A stretch of DNA of 64,000 nt, taken from the NCBI GenBank assembly GCA_040767085.1, contig JAXGPF010000012.1:1-64000 (forward strand), given 5' to 3'. Under the pieces are notes generated by a model. The model worked only from the letters and a program-made list of their open reading frames with translations. It was not told the DNA's origin and searched no databases. Below are positions 10,484 to 18,764 of this stretch, piece by piece (the stretch's first letter is position 1; every line of letters begins with the position of its first letter). Source of the DNA: Kiritimatiellia bacterium. Lineage in GTDB: Bacteria > Verrucomicrobiota > Kiritimatiellia > JAAZAB01. The position numbers and the translations under genes were made by a program.

Positions 10484-12178
10484 TTACTCCATCAGGGCCG
10501 CCTGCACACGCAAAAGATCGTGCAGCGTGAAGACCCCGCTGATCGCGCCCCCGGCCTTTTCCGTCACCAGGAATAATCCGGCATTGGACTGAATCAGGGC
10601 GGGCTCGACTTCCTGGAGCGTTTGCCGCGCGTCAAAAACCAGCGGCGGGTCCAGCGCCGGGGCGCCGCCGCTCTCCAGGCTCTTTTGCAGGTTATCCCTG
10701 GTGGCGATGCCCTTGACTTCGCCGTCGAGCACCACCGGGAAACAGCGGTAAGGATGGCGCTGGAGGACGGCGCGCAGTTGCGCGGGCGCCAGGTCGGTAA
10801 TAACGGCGGGTTGCCGCCTGGCGAAAACCGACAGCGGCATGGCATGCCAGGCCGCAAGGTTCCGCGGCGGGATGATCTTGCGGATTTCATGGCCATCCTG
10901 CGCGAGGATGGCGTCGTAAAAATTCTGGCGGCCGGCCAGCCGGCCGACAATCTGGCTGAGCAGAGTGCCGAGCATCAACGCCGGCACCATGCCGAACTGG
11001 TGGGTCATTTCGAAAATCATCAGGATGGAGGTGATCGGGGCGCGGACCACCGCCCCGAAGCAGGCACTCATGCCGACAGCCGCCAGCACAAAATGGTCGG
11101 CCGGCGCCAGCGGCAGCCAGATATCCGCCAGTCCGGCGGTAAAAAAGCCGCACATCGCGCCGATGAAAAGGGTGGGCGAGAAAATGCCGCCGCAACCGCC
11201 CGAGCCGTAACTGGCGATGGTCGCCGCCAGTTTGGCGCCCGCCAGCAGCAGCGCCAACTTCCAGCCGATGCCGTGCCGGAGCGCTTCCGACAAATCTTCA
11301 TAGCCAAGACCGAATACGCCCAGGCGGCCGGTCATCAGGAAGACGCCGCCGCCTAAAACCCAGACTGCCAGCGCGCCGCAAAGCGGCCGCAACCAGAGCG
11401 GCACCCGGCGCTGGTCTCGCAGGCGGCGGCGCAGATGCAGGGTCAGGCGCTGGAAGGCCACGCCGGCCAGGGCGGCCAGCAAGGCGGCCAGGGGCACCAC
11501 GGTGTACACATTCCAGGAGACGGCATCCACCGAAGGCATGAAAAAAGAAGGCTGGCGGCCCACCAGCGCATGGACAATAAAAGCGCCGACGACGGCCGCC
11601 AGGGTCACTCCGCCGATCACCCGGTTGCCCAGGTCGCTCAGGATTTCTTCGAGAATGAAACTGATGGCGGCCAGCGGGGTGTTGAAGGCCGCGGCGAGCC
11701 CCGCCGCCGCGCCCGTGGCGGCGGCCTGCCGCCGCTGCCGCCGATTGACTCCCAGCCAGGTTGCCAGGTTGGCCGCCAGCCCGCCCGTGATGAACACCGT
11801 CGGGCCTTCGCGGCCCAGGCTGCTGCCGCCGGCCAGGGTAACGATCCCGCCGATGAACTTCACCAGGATGGCGCGGAAGGGGATGTGCCCGAAGTTGAGC
11901 CAGTAAGCGGATTTAAGCTGCGGAATGCCGCTGCCGGCGGCGCCGGGCGAAATCCTGGCCATCAGGATGCCGGCCAATAGCGAACTGGCGGAGAGAACCA
12001 GCAGGCTTCCGGCCAAAAACACCAGCGGCTGACAGGCGGCCAGCCGGGGCCAGATGGCATCGTAGAGCCGGTTGGCCGCCACCATGAAAGCGACCGTGGC
12101 CAGTCCGCCGGAGACACCATAAATCGCGGTCAGGATCAACAGCCGGATTTTTTCGGGTATGCGTTCAATGAGAGACAT
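10484..12178 (-). CDS. ClC family chloride channel / H+/Cl- antiporter with C-terminal CBS domains
   Basis: GSGIP, GREGP, GGIFSP and FEMT motifs; CBS-like tail. Confidence 0.92.
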   Translation of the reverse strand: MSLIERIPEKIRLLILTAIYGVSGGLATVAFMVAANRLYDAIWPRLAACQPLVFLAGSLLVLSASSLLAGILMARISPGAAGSGIPQLKSAYWLNFGHIPFRAILVKFIGGIVTLAGGSSLGREGPTVFITGGLAANLATWLGVNRRQRRQAAATGAAAGLAAAFNTPLAAISFILEEILSDLGNRVIGGVTLAAVVGAFIVHALVGRQPSFFMPSVDAVSWNVYTVVPLAALLAALAGVAFQRLTLHLRRRLRDQRRVPLWLRPLCGALAVWVLGGGVFLMTGRLGVFGLGYEDLSEALRHGIGWKLALLLAGAKLAATIASYGSGGCGGIFSPTLFIGAMCGFFTAGLADIWLPLAPADHFVLAAVGMSACFGAVVRAPITSILMIFEMTHQFGMVPALMLGTLLSQIVGRLAGRQNFYDAILAQDGHEIRKIIPPRNLAAWHAMPLSVFARRQPAVITDLAPAQLRAVLQRHPYRCFPVVLDGEVKGIATRDNLQKSLESGGAPALDPPLVFDARQTLQEVEPALIQSNAGLFLVTEKAGGAISGVFTLHDLLRVQAALME

Positions 12179-12606
12179 GTGTCATATGCATTAACAAACA
12201 TACGCCGCCGTTTCAATCCCGAATTTGATTCCGGCCTTGCGCAAGGGTGTAGGCCAAATTTACTGGTGATTTTAAAAACTTTAATTTCACGGTGGATTTT
12301 AGTGCCTTAAACTACAGCACCTGCCAAAAAAACAAGAAAATCGGGGGGCAGGTGCTGAGGTTTAAGGCACGGTGCAAGTGCAGGCAACAAGTACAGGTGC
12401 AGTCAGTCCGGCATAGCCGGACGGGGACGGATGATTCCGGATTGGTTCCGGATCAAACTACACTTTCACTTGTACCTTGCACTTTCGACGGCGGCCCGGC
12501 GGCTACCAGACTGCGTCTGCCATAGCTTTTGCGACGGCAGATTGTGGCCGCAGGCCGCCTTGTTGTGATTTATGTGTCCGCTAGATACAACCATGTAAAT
12601 TCCGAT

Positions 12607-12641
12607 AATTTCGGCCAGGTTACATCATCCTGGCCGAAATT
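12607..12641. terminator. Perfect 13-bp stem hairpin downstream of the GT9 gene
   Basis: aatttcggccagg N9 cctggccgaaatt. Confidence 0.5.
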
Positions 12642-12651
12642 GGGTTACCGT

Positions 12652-12862
12652 GTTGCGAATTCCGCTCCCCGAGCTTGTCGAGGGGTTCGAAAAGACAAGG
12701 CAAGTTTGGGGTGGATGCGGGCGCGCCGGTGGGCGGGGCTAATCTGGTGATTGCCCCGCTCCCGGCAAGCCCGCCCGCAGGGTCCGCGCAGCGGACAGAC
12801 GCCCCAAAGAACGCCTGTGCGGCTCGCACTCGCCGCCGTGCTTTTCGAACGGAATTCGCAAC
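12652..12862. mobile_element. MITE-like element with 22-bp terminal IRs, left IR interrupted by a 21-bp hairpin
   Basis: gttgcgaattccg[21 nt]ttcgaaaag ... cttttcgaacggaattcgcaac, with nested internal stems. Confidence 0.6.
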
Positions 12863-12930
12863 GCATCCCTACCAGCGCACTACCCCAATAATTTGTCTTA
12901 TACCCATGGCGCGCCCAGGGCTGCCGGACA

Positions 12931-13953
12931 TTATCGCCGGGAATCGCTGTCGAGCAAGTTCTGGCAACAGCGGCGCGCTTCCGCCACGCTCAAGTCGGAC
13001 ATGGCATGCCCCGGCCCGGGCGCGCGTATGACCCGGACGCGCGGGCCGCGCGGCCCCCAGGTTCCCGGGTCGGTGGGGCCGAACAAGGCGATGACCGGCG
13101 TGTCCAGACTCGCGGCCAGGTGCGTTATGCCCGAGTCATTACCGATATACAGCCGGGCGGCAGACAGCATCCCCGCCGCCTGCGCCAGGCCGGGCCGCTT
13201 CACTGTGGGCCAGGGGGTCGTCGCTGCCATCGGCCAGTTTGACTCCGCTTCGCCCAGCAAAAACACCGGCTGCCATCCCCGGACGCGCTGCAACCAGTCC
13301 GCCAGTTGCATGAAATACGCCAGCGGCCAGTTTTTGGCCGCGCCGCCGCTGCCGGGATGGATGACGGCCGGCGGCCGGCCGCCGCAGAGGCTGCGAAGCA
13401 AGGCGGCGCCGGGGTCCAGGATGTTTTTCGGCAGATGCAGCCGCGGTATGGCCGGCCTGGCGTCCAGATCTTCCGGCGGCTGCAGCGGCCGGCTCCAGGC
13501 GTCCGCCGCATGCTCGCCCGCGGCGGGGCGGTGCGGAAGGACGATGCAGGATTTCCGCGCGCCGCGGCGCAGGTTGTTTGCCAGGCTGCCGTCCCGGTCG
13601 GGCAGATAACTTACGATCCAATCGAATCCCGACAGGTAGTCTTCGTAAATGGGCGGCCAGGGCTCGTTGGCGCCGGGCGCTGGCATGAAAAATTCCGCCA
13701 TGCCGGCGTCGTCAATATCCGCCGCAGTGTCGGCCAAACCGGACTCCAGCGCCAGCCAGACATGCCGCGGCCGGGTGCGTAATTCAATAGCGGCTTGGGG
13801 ACAGCGCCGGCGCAAGGCGGCCAGGGCGGGCAGGGTCAGAATGAAATCGCCCAGGGCGCCGCCGCGCAGCACGAGGATTTTTCGGATGGGAAGAAGCGTG
13901 CCGGTCATGGCAGCATCCGTGGCATGTTGCTTTTCCCCGCGCGGCAAGTTCAA
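12931..13953 (-). CDS. Glycosyltransferase family 9 (LPS heptosyltransferase-like)
   Basis: GALGDFIL, IHPGSG..KNWP, IGNDSGITHLA and LFGPT motifs; the start may be 13908. Confidence 0.9.
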   Translation of the reverse strand: MNLPRGEKQHATDAAMTGTLLPIRKILVLRGGALGDFILTLPALAALRRRCPQAAIELRTRPRHVWLALESGLADTAADIDDAGMAEFFMPAPGANEPWPPIYEDYLSGFDWIVSYLPDRDGSLANNLRRGARKSCIVLPHRPAAGEHAADAWSRPLQPPEDLDARPAIPRLHLPKNILDPGAALLRSLCGGRPPAVIHPGSGGAAKNWPLAYFMQLADWLQRVRGWQPVFLLGEAESNWPMAATTPWPTVKRPGLAQAAGMLSAARLYIGNDSGITHLAASLDTPVIALFGPTDPGTWGPRGPRVRVIRAPGPGHAMSDLSVAEARRCCQNLLDSDSRR

Positions 13954-14492
13954 TAACCGGACCGGCCCAGCGCGATCAAGACCAGGCCGCCCAGCAGGGC
14001 GGCGCTGCCCCAGATACGGCTGAGCCTGGGGGTCGCCAGGCAGCGCGCGGCGGCTTTCCGAAACATGTAGGGACTCCAGACGAGCACCATGCCGGCGATC
14101 GCCAGCAGGTACGCCAGGGCCACCATGATCAGGCGCCAGGGAGAAGCTTCCATGAAGGCGGCGTCCAGGATCGGCATCGGCGCCAGCAGCAGCAGGCCGC
14201 CCAGGGCGCGCGGGGCTAGTAATTCGTCCATGAACAACATAACCATTACCCAGGCGGCCGGCGCCAGCATGTAAACCAGGCGCTGGTGTTCATCCACCCA
14301 GTTGATCCGGGCTTGGAGCAGCACCCACACTGCCCAGGCCAGGGCGACCGTGGCCAGGCAACGCCCGGCGGTGAGATTGCGCGGGAAGCGCGCCAGGACG
14401 GCCATGGACTGGCGTGTTAAAAGCGCGAGCGGCAGGCCCAAGGCCAACAGGCACAATCCGGTCAAAATGGTGATTTCGGCCAGTATCAGCAT
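13950..14492 (-). CDS. Membrane protein of unknown function
   Basis: About 6 hydrophobic segments; abuts the GT9 gene. Confidence 0.75.
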   Translation of the reverse strand: MLILAEITILTGLCLLALGLPLALLTRQSMAVLARFPRNLTAGRCLATVALAWAVWVLLQARINWVDEHQRLVYMLAPAAWVMVMLFMDELLAPRALGGLLLLAPMPILDAAFMEASPWRLIMVALAYLLAIAGMVLVWSPYMFRKAAARCLATPRLSRIWGSAALLGGLVLIALGRSGY

Positions 14493-14723
14493 ATTGCGAG
14501 TCTCAAATTAAAAACATAAGGCAAGCAGGGCCTGGTTCATTTTCGGGTAACACTTTTCCGGTAAAATCGTCCGGTGTTTCCCGCAAAATCACCATTCGTT
14601 TATGCGGGTTGTTCAGGCTGTGGACTGCCAAGCTCCGCCGGGAGCGCTGCCGCCATTCCCCCGAACCCCCGCGTTTCTCCAACCTGTTTTTTTGAAAGAC
14701 AATTCCCCCAAAAAACTGGCGTA

Positions 14724-14753
14724 AGAATAGCCGCATTGGACGTCCGCTGTCAA
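14724..14753 (-). promoter_or_regulatory. Outward-facing sigma70-like promoter in the IS left end
   Basis: TTGACA-18-TATTCT on the minus strand. Confidence 0.55.
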
Positions 14754-14846
14754 GTAAAAAAAACGCGGAAAACCGGGGGGGGGTAATTCGTTGATATTCA
14801 ATCGGTTACGACAAGAAGAAAAATTTAATATTTTTTTAGAAAAATG

Positions 14847-14875
14847 TTGACGCCGCGGCGTTTTTTTTGTATCTT
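14847..14875 (+). promoter_or_regulatory. sigma70-like promoter for the IS genes
   Basis: TTGACG-17-TATCTT, followed by RBS AAGGAG before 14916. An IHF-consensus site (TATCAACGAATTA, minus strand) lies at 14784-14796. Confidence 0.6.
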
Positions 14876-14915
14876 GTGTCTTGTTGTAATAATCTAATCA
14901 GAAAGGAGTTGCCCC

Positions 14916-15278
14916 ATGTCCGCTACACGCATCGCCGAATCGAAACCAAAATCCCGCGCCATGGCGCTGGCATCCTGCCAGGGCCTTATCAAAGCCTCGC
15001 TTTGCAAAACCCGTGTCCAGTGCGGCAAACCCACATGCCGCTGCGCTAAAAATTCTCGGTTCCGCCATACCGCTTTGACTTTCACCTACAAGCACAAAGG
15101 CCGGAGCATGGGGCTGCACGTGCCGAAAAGCATGGAAGCGGAAGCCCGCCGGGCGGCGGAGGATTATCGGAAGTTGAAAAAACTTGTTCAGAGGATTTCA
15201 GATTCCAATCTGAAAAAGTTCCGTCGCGGAATTGCCGTGAAAACTAAATCGCGCCAACGGCGCAAATCACACGCTTGA
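14916..15278 (+). CDS. DUF6788-like small basic Cys/His protein (IS accessory)
   Basis: CGKPTCRC...H motif, very basic, strong RBS. Confidence 0.75.
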   Translation: MSATRIAESKPKSRAMALASCQGLIKASLCKTRVQCGKPTCRCAKNSRFRHTALTFTYKHKGRSMGLHVPKSMEAEARRAAEDYRKLKKLVQRISDSNLKKFRRGIAVKTKSRQRRKSHA

Positions 15279-15284
15279 GGAGAC

Positions 15285-16778
15285 ATGCCCATGTTGACTG
15301 CGTCAAGAGATTGTCCGTCTTCCGCAAAAAATCTGCCGCCGCGCGCGCGCCAGGCATTGGCTGTCGCGGCGTTGTCGCGGAAAACACCGGTCTCACGGCT
15401 GGCCGCCGCCAGCGGTGTCAGCCGGAAGTTTGTGTATCGGCAATCGGCAAAAGCGAACAATATTTTAGACCAAGCGTTCGACGACAAATTCCCCGACGAG
15501 GAGGTCTTGTTTTATCTGCCGGTGACAAAGGCATGGCTCCGTAAAGCCGTTCTCGGTCTGGTTTTAATCTGTCACAGCTCATTCCGGGGCGTGGTGGAGT
15601 TCATGCGCGACCTGCTGGACTTCGATATTTCCATTGGCTCCGTGCATAACACGCTTATGGATGCCGTTGGCAAAGCTAAAACCGTTAACGCCAACGAGCG
15701 TTTGGAGTCTGTCAGAGTCGGCGCCCATGATGAAATATTCCAGGCGCGGCAGCCGGTATTGGTCGGCGCGGACGCTGATTCCACATATTGCTATCTTTTG
15801 AGTCTGGAAAACTCGCGCGATGGCGACACATGGGCATTGCGGCTGATGGAGCTCGGCGACAAAGGCCTTCAGCCGGATTACACTGTTGCCGACGGCGGCT
15901 TGGGACTCCGAGCCGGGCAAACGCTGGCATGGCCGGATATTCCATGCCGGGGAGATGTGTTTCACGCACTCTTGGATATGGGGCGACTGACGGTATATCT
16001 GGAGAATCGCGCATTCGGCGCAATGTCGGCTCTCGAAAAAACGGAGGCAAAAATGACCAAAGCAAAAAGAAAAGGCAATGGCAACAAATACTCGAAACGT
16101 CTCGCCGTGGCCGGTCAGGCCGAAGCCGCGGCTATCAATCTGGCCGATGATATAAGCACCTTGGCCGGATGGCTGCGCAACGATATTCTTTCTCTGGCGG
16201 GCGGCAACGTTGACACCCGCCGGCAACTGTTGGATTTCGTGATTGAATCGTTGCGGCAAAGAGAACATCTGCGTCCGCACAGAATCCAGCCGGTGCGTGT
16301 CATGTTGGAAAACCAACGCGACCTGCTCCTGGCCTTTGCGCAGGAAATAGACGATAGGCTCATTGCATCCGCCAACGAACTCAACTTGGATCCATCCGAT
16401 ATGCGCCGGCTCTTTAATCAGCGCATCAAGGAACGCGCGTCCGACCAGGACCACATTGCTGATGATATTCCGTGTGAACAATCAGATGAACAATCAGGCG
16501 CCGCGGAGCAAAGCGTCCGGAAAATCATCGCCGGCGTTGTCCGCGCCAGCTCCATTATTGAGAACATCAACAGCCGTCTCCGGCGCTACTTTTTCCTGCG
16601 CCGCCAGATCGGAAACGGCTATCTGGACCTACTCCGTTTCTTCTTCAACCATCGGCGATTCCTGCGCAGTGAACATCCCGAGCGCGTTGATAAAAGTCCC
16701 GCCGAATTACTATCCGGCAAAACTCATCCGCACTGGCTGGAATTGCTGGGGTTTGAAATGTTCAAGCGCGCGGCTTGA
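15285..16778 (+). CDS. DDE transposase
   Basis: N-terminal HTH; motifs GAHDEIF, VADGG, GDVFH and RASSIIENINSRLR; lies inside IRs and a target duplication. Confidence 0.85.
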   Translation: MPMLTASRDCPSSAKNLPPRARQALAVAALSRKTPVSRLAAASGVSRKFVYRQSAKANNILDQAFDDKFPDEEVLFYLPVTKAWLRKAVLGLVLICHSSFRGVVEFMRDLLDFDISIGSVHNTLMDAVGKAKTVNANERLESVRVGAHDEIFQARQPVLVGADADSTYCYLLSLENSRDGDTWALRLMELGDKGLQPDYTVADGGLGLRAGQTLAWPDIPCRGDVFHALLDMGRLTVYLENRAFGAMSALEKTEAKMTKAKRKGNGNKYSKRLAVAGQAEAAAINLADDISTLAGWLRNDILSLAGGNVDTRRQLLDFVIESLRQREHLRPHRIQPVRVMLENQRDLLLAFAQEIDDRLIASANELNLDPSDMRRLFNQRIKERASDQDHIADDIPCEQSDEQSGAAEQSVRKIIAGVVRASSIIENINSRLRRYFFLRRQIGNGYLDLLRFFFNHRRFLRSEHPERVDKSPAELLSGKTHPHWLELLGFEMFKRAA

Positions 16779-16971
16779 ACGACCATAATCCCGCCCAAGT
16801 CCGATCAAATTCTTGCGCATTCATGCGTGACAGGCGTATACTGCCTTCTGTTACCCAAAAAGGCATGTTTTTGAACCATGCCGCAAGCAGCATACCCGGC
16901 TTGCCGGCAATTTGCAATCATATTGACGGTCATATCGCCCGGCCGTAGAGGATTGCGTCGTTATCAAAACA

Positions 16972-17180
16972 GACGGCTCGGTACGGAGACCTCGCCCTAC
17001 CTGGGGAATCTGCTGAAGGTAGGGCGACGTCTCCGACGGAGCCGCAACCTGGCGGCTCGCTCGGCTTGCCCGGCTGAGTCCGGCAAAGCCGGACTTTGCC
17101 GGGCGAAGCCTTGGCAAAGCCTGAGCGCCTTGGCCACCTCCGATCCGGGACGGCGCGCAAGGGACTGCGCACCCTACCTC
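16972..17180. repeat. Cluster of GTAG-type REP-like palindromes
   Basis: GTAGGGCGACGTCTCCGACGGAGCCG and variants; the same units recur near 42033, 49356, 49440 and 54855. Confidence 0.8.
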
Positions 17181-17212
17181 CGGAAAGGCGCGCAAAGTGC
17201 GGGCGCGAGCCG

Positions 17213-18595
17213 CTAAAAATGACGCAGCCCCGCCCGGCCGTAGAGGGCTTGGGGCGTGGCGCGTTCCACCTGCACCTGAACCAGATCGCCCGGCGCCGTC
17301 CCGGGCGGCGGCTCGAACAGGGCGATTTTATTCGTGCGCGTGCGGCCCGCCCACCGGGCCGCATTGCGCCGGCTGGGTCCCTCCGCCAGCACTTCCACCG
17401 CGGTTCCAATCAAGCTTTGATTGATGGCGATGGTGCGCCGGTTCTGCGCTTCAATCAGCGCGTGGTTGCGCCGCAGTTTCTCGGCCGCCGGCACGTCGTC
17501 CGGCATGTCCGCCGCCGGCGTGCCGGGGCGCGGGCTGTATTTGAAGATGAAGGCGTTGTCAAACCCGATGTCTTCCATCAACGCCAGCGTGGCGGCAAAA
17601 TCCTCCGGCGTCTCGGACGGGAAACCGACGATGATGTCGGTGGTCAGGGCCAAACCGGGCACGGCGGTGCGCAGACGCTGCGCGGCCCGCCGGTATCCGT
17701 CCGCGGTATAACCGCGGCGCATCAGGCGCAGAATGCGGTCCGAACCGGATTGCATCGGCAGATGCAGATGCTCGCAAACCGGAGGCAGCTTGGCCATGGC
17801 CCGCGCCAGTTCCCGGGTGCAGCCGGAAGGATGCCCTGAAGTGAACCGCAGGCGTGCCAGGCCGGGCAGGCCGGCCAGCGCCTCGAGCAGCCGCGGCAGC
17901 GGCTCCGTGAAACCGCCCGGCGAAGCCGCCCGGCCGTAATGAAATGAGGGCTGGCTGCCGTAACGCATCACGCTTTGACCCAGCAGCGTGATTTCCCGCA
18001 CGCCGGCCGCCAGCAGTTGCCGGGCTTCCGCCGCGATATCAGCCGGCGGCCGGCTGTATTCGGGACCGCGCACGCTGGGCACAATGCAATAAGCGCAATG
18101 CCGGTCGCACCCGTAAAGGATGTTGATGAAAGCCGCCGGCGGTCCGGGCAATGCCGGCTGCCGCGGCAAGGGAGCTTGCAGCAAATCAAGCGGCGGGCCG
18201 GCCGCGGGGCCGATTTCCAGGCGGGGGCCGGCCGGCAAGCGGGCGGCTGCCACGGCCGCCGGCAGCCGGGCCAGGTGTTGCGGGGCGATGGCGAAATTCA
18301 GCCCGGGCAGATTTTCGATGAGCGCGCGGCCTTGCCGTTGCACCATGCAGCCAATCACGCCTACCAGCAGGCGCGGGCGCCGCCGGCGCGCGGCCAGCAG
18401 CAGGCGCAGTTTCCCAACGGCCTTGTCCTCGGCCTTGCCGCGCACGCTGCAGGTGTTGACGATCACCAGGTCGGCGGATTGTTCATCCGCGGCGGGCTGA
18501 TGCCCATGCTGCCGCAGCAAATCCGCGGCAATCTCGCTGTCGCGCTCATTCATTTGACAGCCGTAGGTGTGGATGTGAAAACGCAGGGGTCGCAT
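17213..18595 (-). CDS. miaB: tRNA-2-methylthio-N6-dimethylallyladenosine synthase
   Basis: GCQMNERDS, NTCSVR, radical-SAM CDRHCAYC, TDIIVGFP, FKYSPRPGT and a TRAM domain. Confidence 0.95.
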   Translation of the reverse strand: MRPLRFHIHTYGCQMNERDSEIAADLLRQHGHQPAADEQSADLVIVNTCSVRGKAEDKAVGKLRLLLAARRRRPRLLVGVIGCMVQRQGRALIENLPGLNFAIAPQHLARLPAAVAAARLPAGPRLEIGPAAGPPLDLLQAPLPRQPALPGPPAAFINILYGCDRHCAYCIVPSVRGPEYSRPPADIAAEARQLLAAGVREITLLGQSVMRYGSQPSFHYGRAASPGGFTEPLPRLLEALAGLPGLARLRFTSGHPSGCTRELARAMAKLPPVCEHLHLPMQSGSDRILRLMRRGYTADGYRRAAQRLRTAVPGLALTTDIIVGFPSETPEDFAATLALMEDIGFDNAFIFKYSPRPGTPAADMPDDVPAAEKLRRNHALIEAQNRRTIAINQSLIGTAVEVLAEGPSRRNAARWAGRTRTNKIALFEPPPGTAPGDLVQVQVERATPQALYGRAGLRHF

Positions 18596-18611
18596 GGTGA
18601 TTTGTAGCCTC

Positions 18612-18764
18612 AGCCAATTTCAAAAGTCCCCCGGCGAGTTTACCCCGCCGGAGACCAAGGTTATGCAAAACGTCACGTGTTGTTTAAAAACAACACCTTG
18701 TGTTTTTGCATAACCTTTCGTTCCTGCCACGCAAGGTGGCAGGGGACGACTTTTGATATTGGAT
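18612..18764. mobile_element. 153-bp MITE-like palindromic element
   Basis: Ends agccaatttcaaaagtc / gacttttgatattggat; internal stem aaggttatgcaaaa...ttttgcataacctt. The same end motif occurs at 62279 and 62781. Confidence 0.6.

Larger units (their letters stand above)
14529..16882 (+). mobile_element. Unclassified IS (Mutator/IS256-like DDE) with accessory gene, 2354 bp
   Basis: Terminal IRs ggcctggttca / tgaaccatgcc, a sub-terminal gggtaaca/tgttaccc pair, and 8-bp target duplication GCAAGCAG at 14521-14528 and 16883-16890. Lower GC than the flanks. Confidence 0.88.

Noticed and set aside
12180..12300. Fluoride riboswitch upstream of the ClC gene
   Set aside because: No crcB-motif consensus is visible, and the protein has canonical GSGIP/GREGP motifs rather than the fluoride-type ones.
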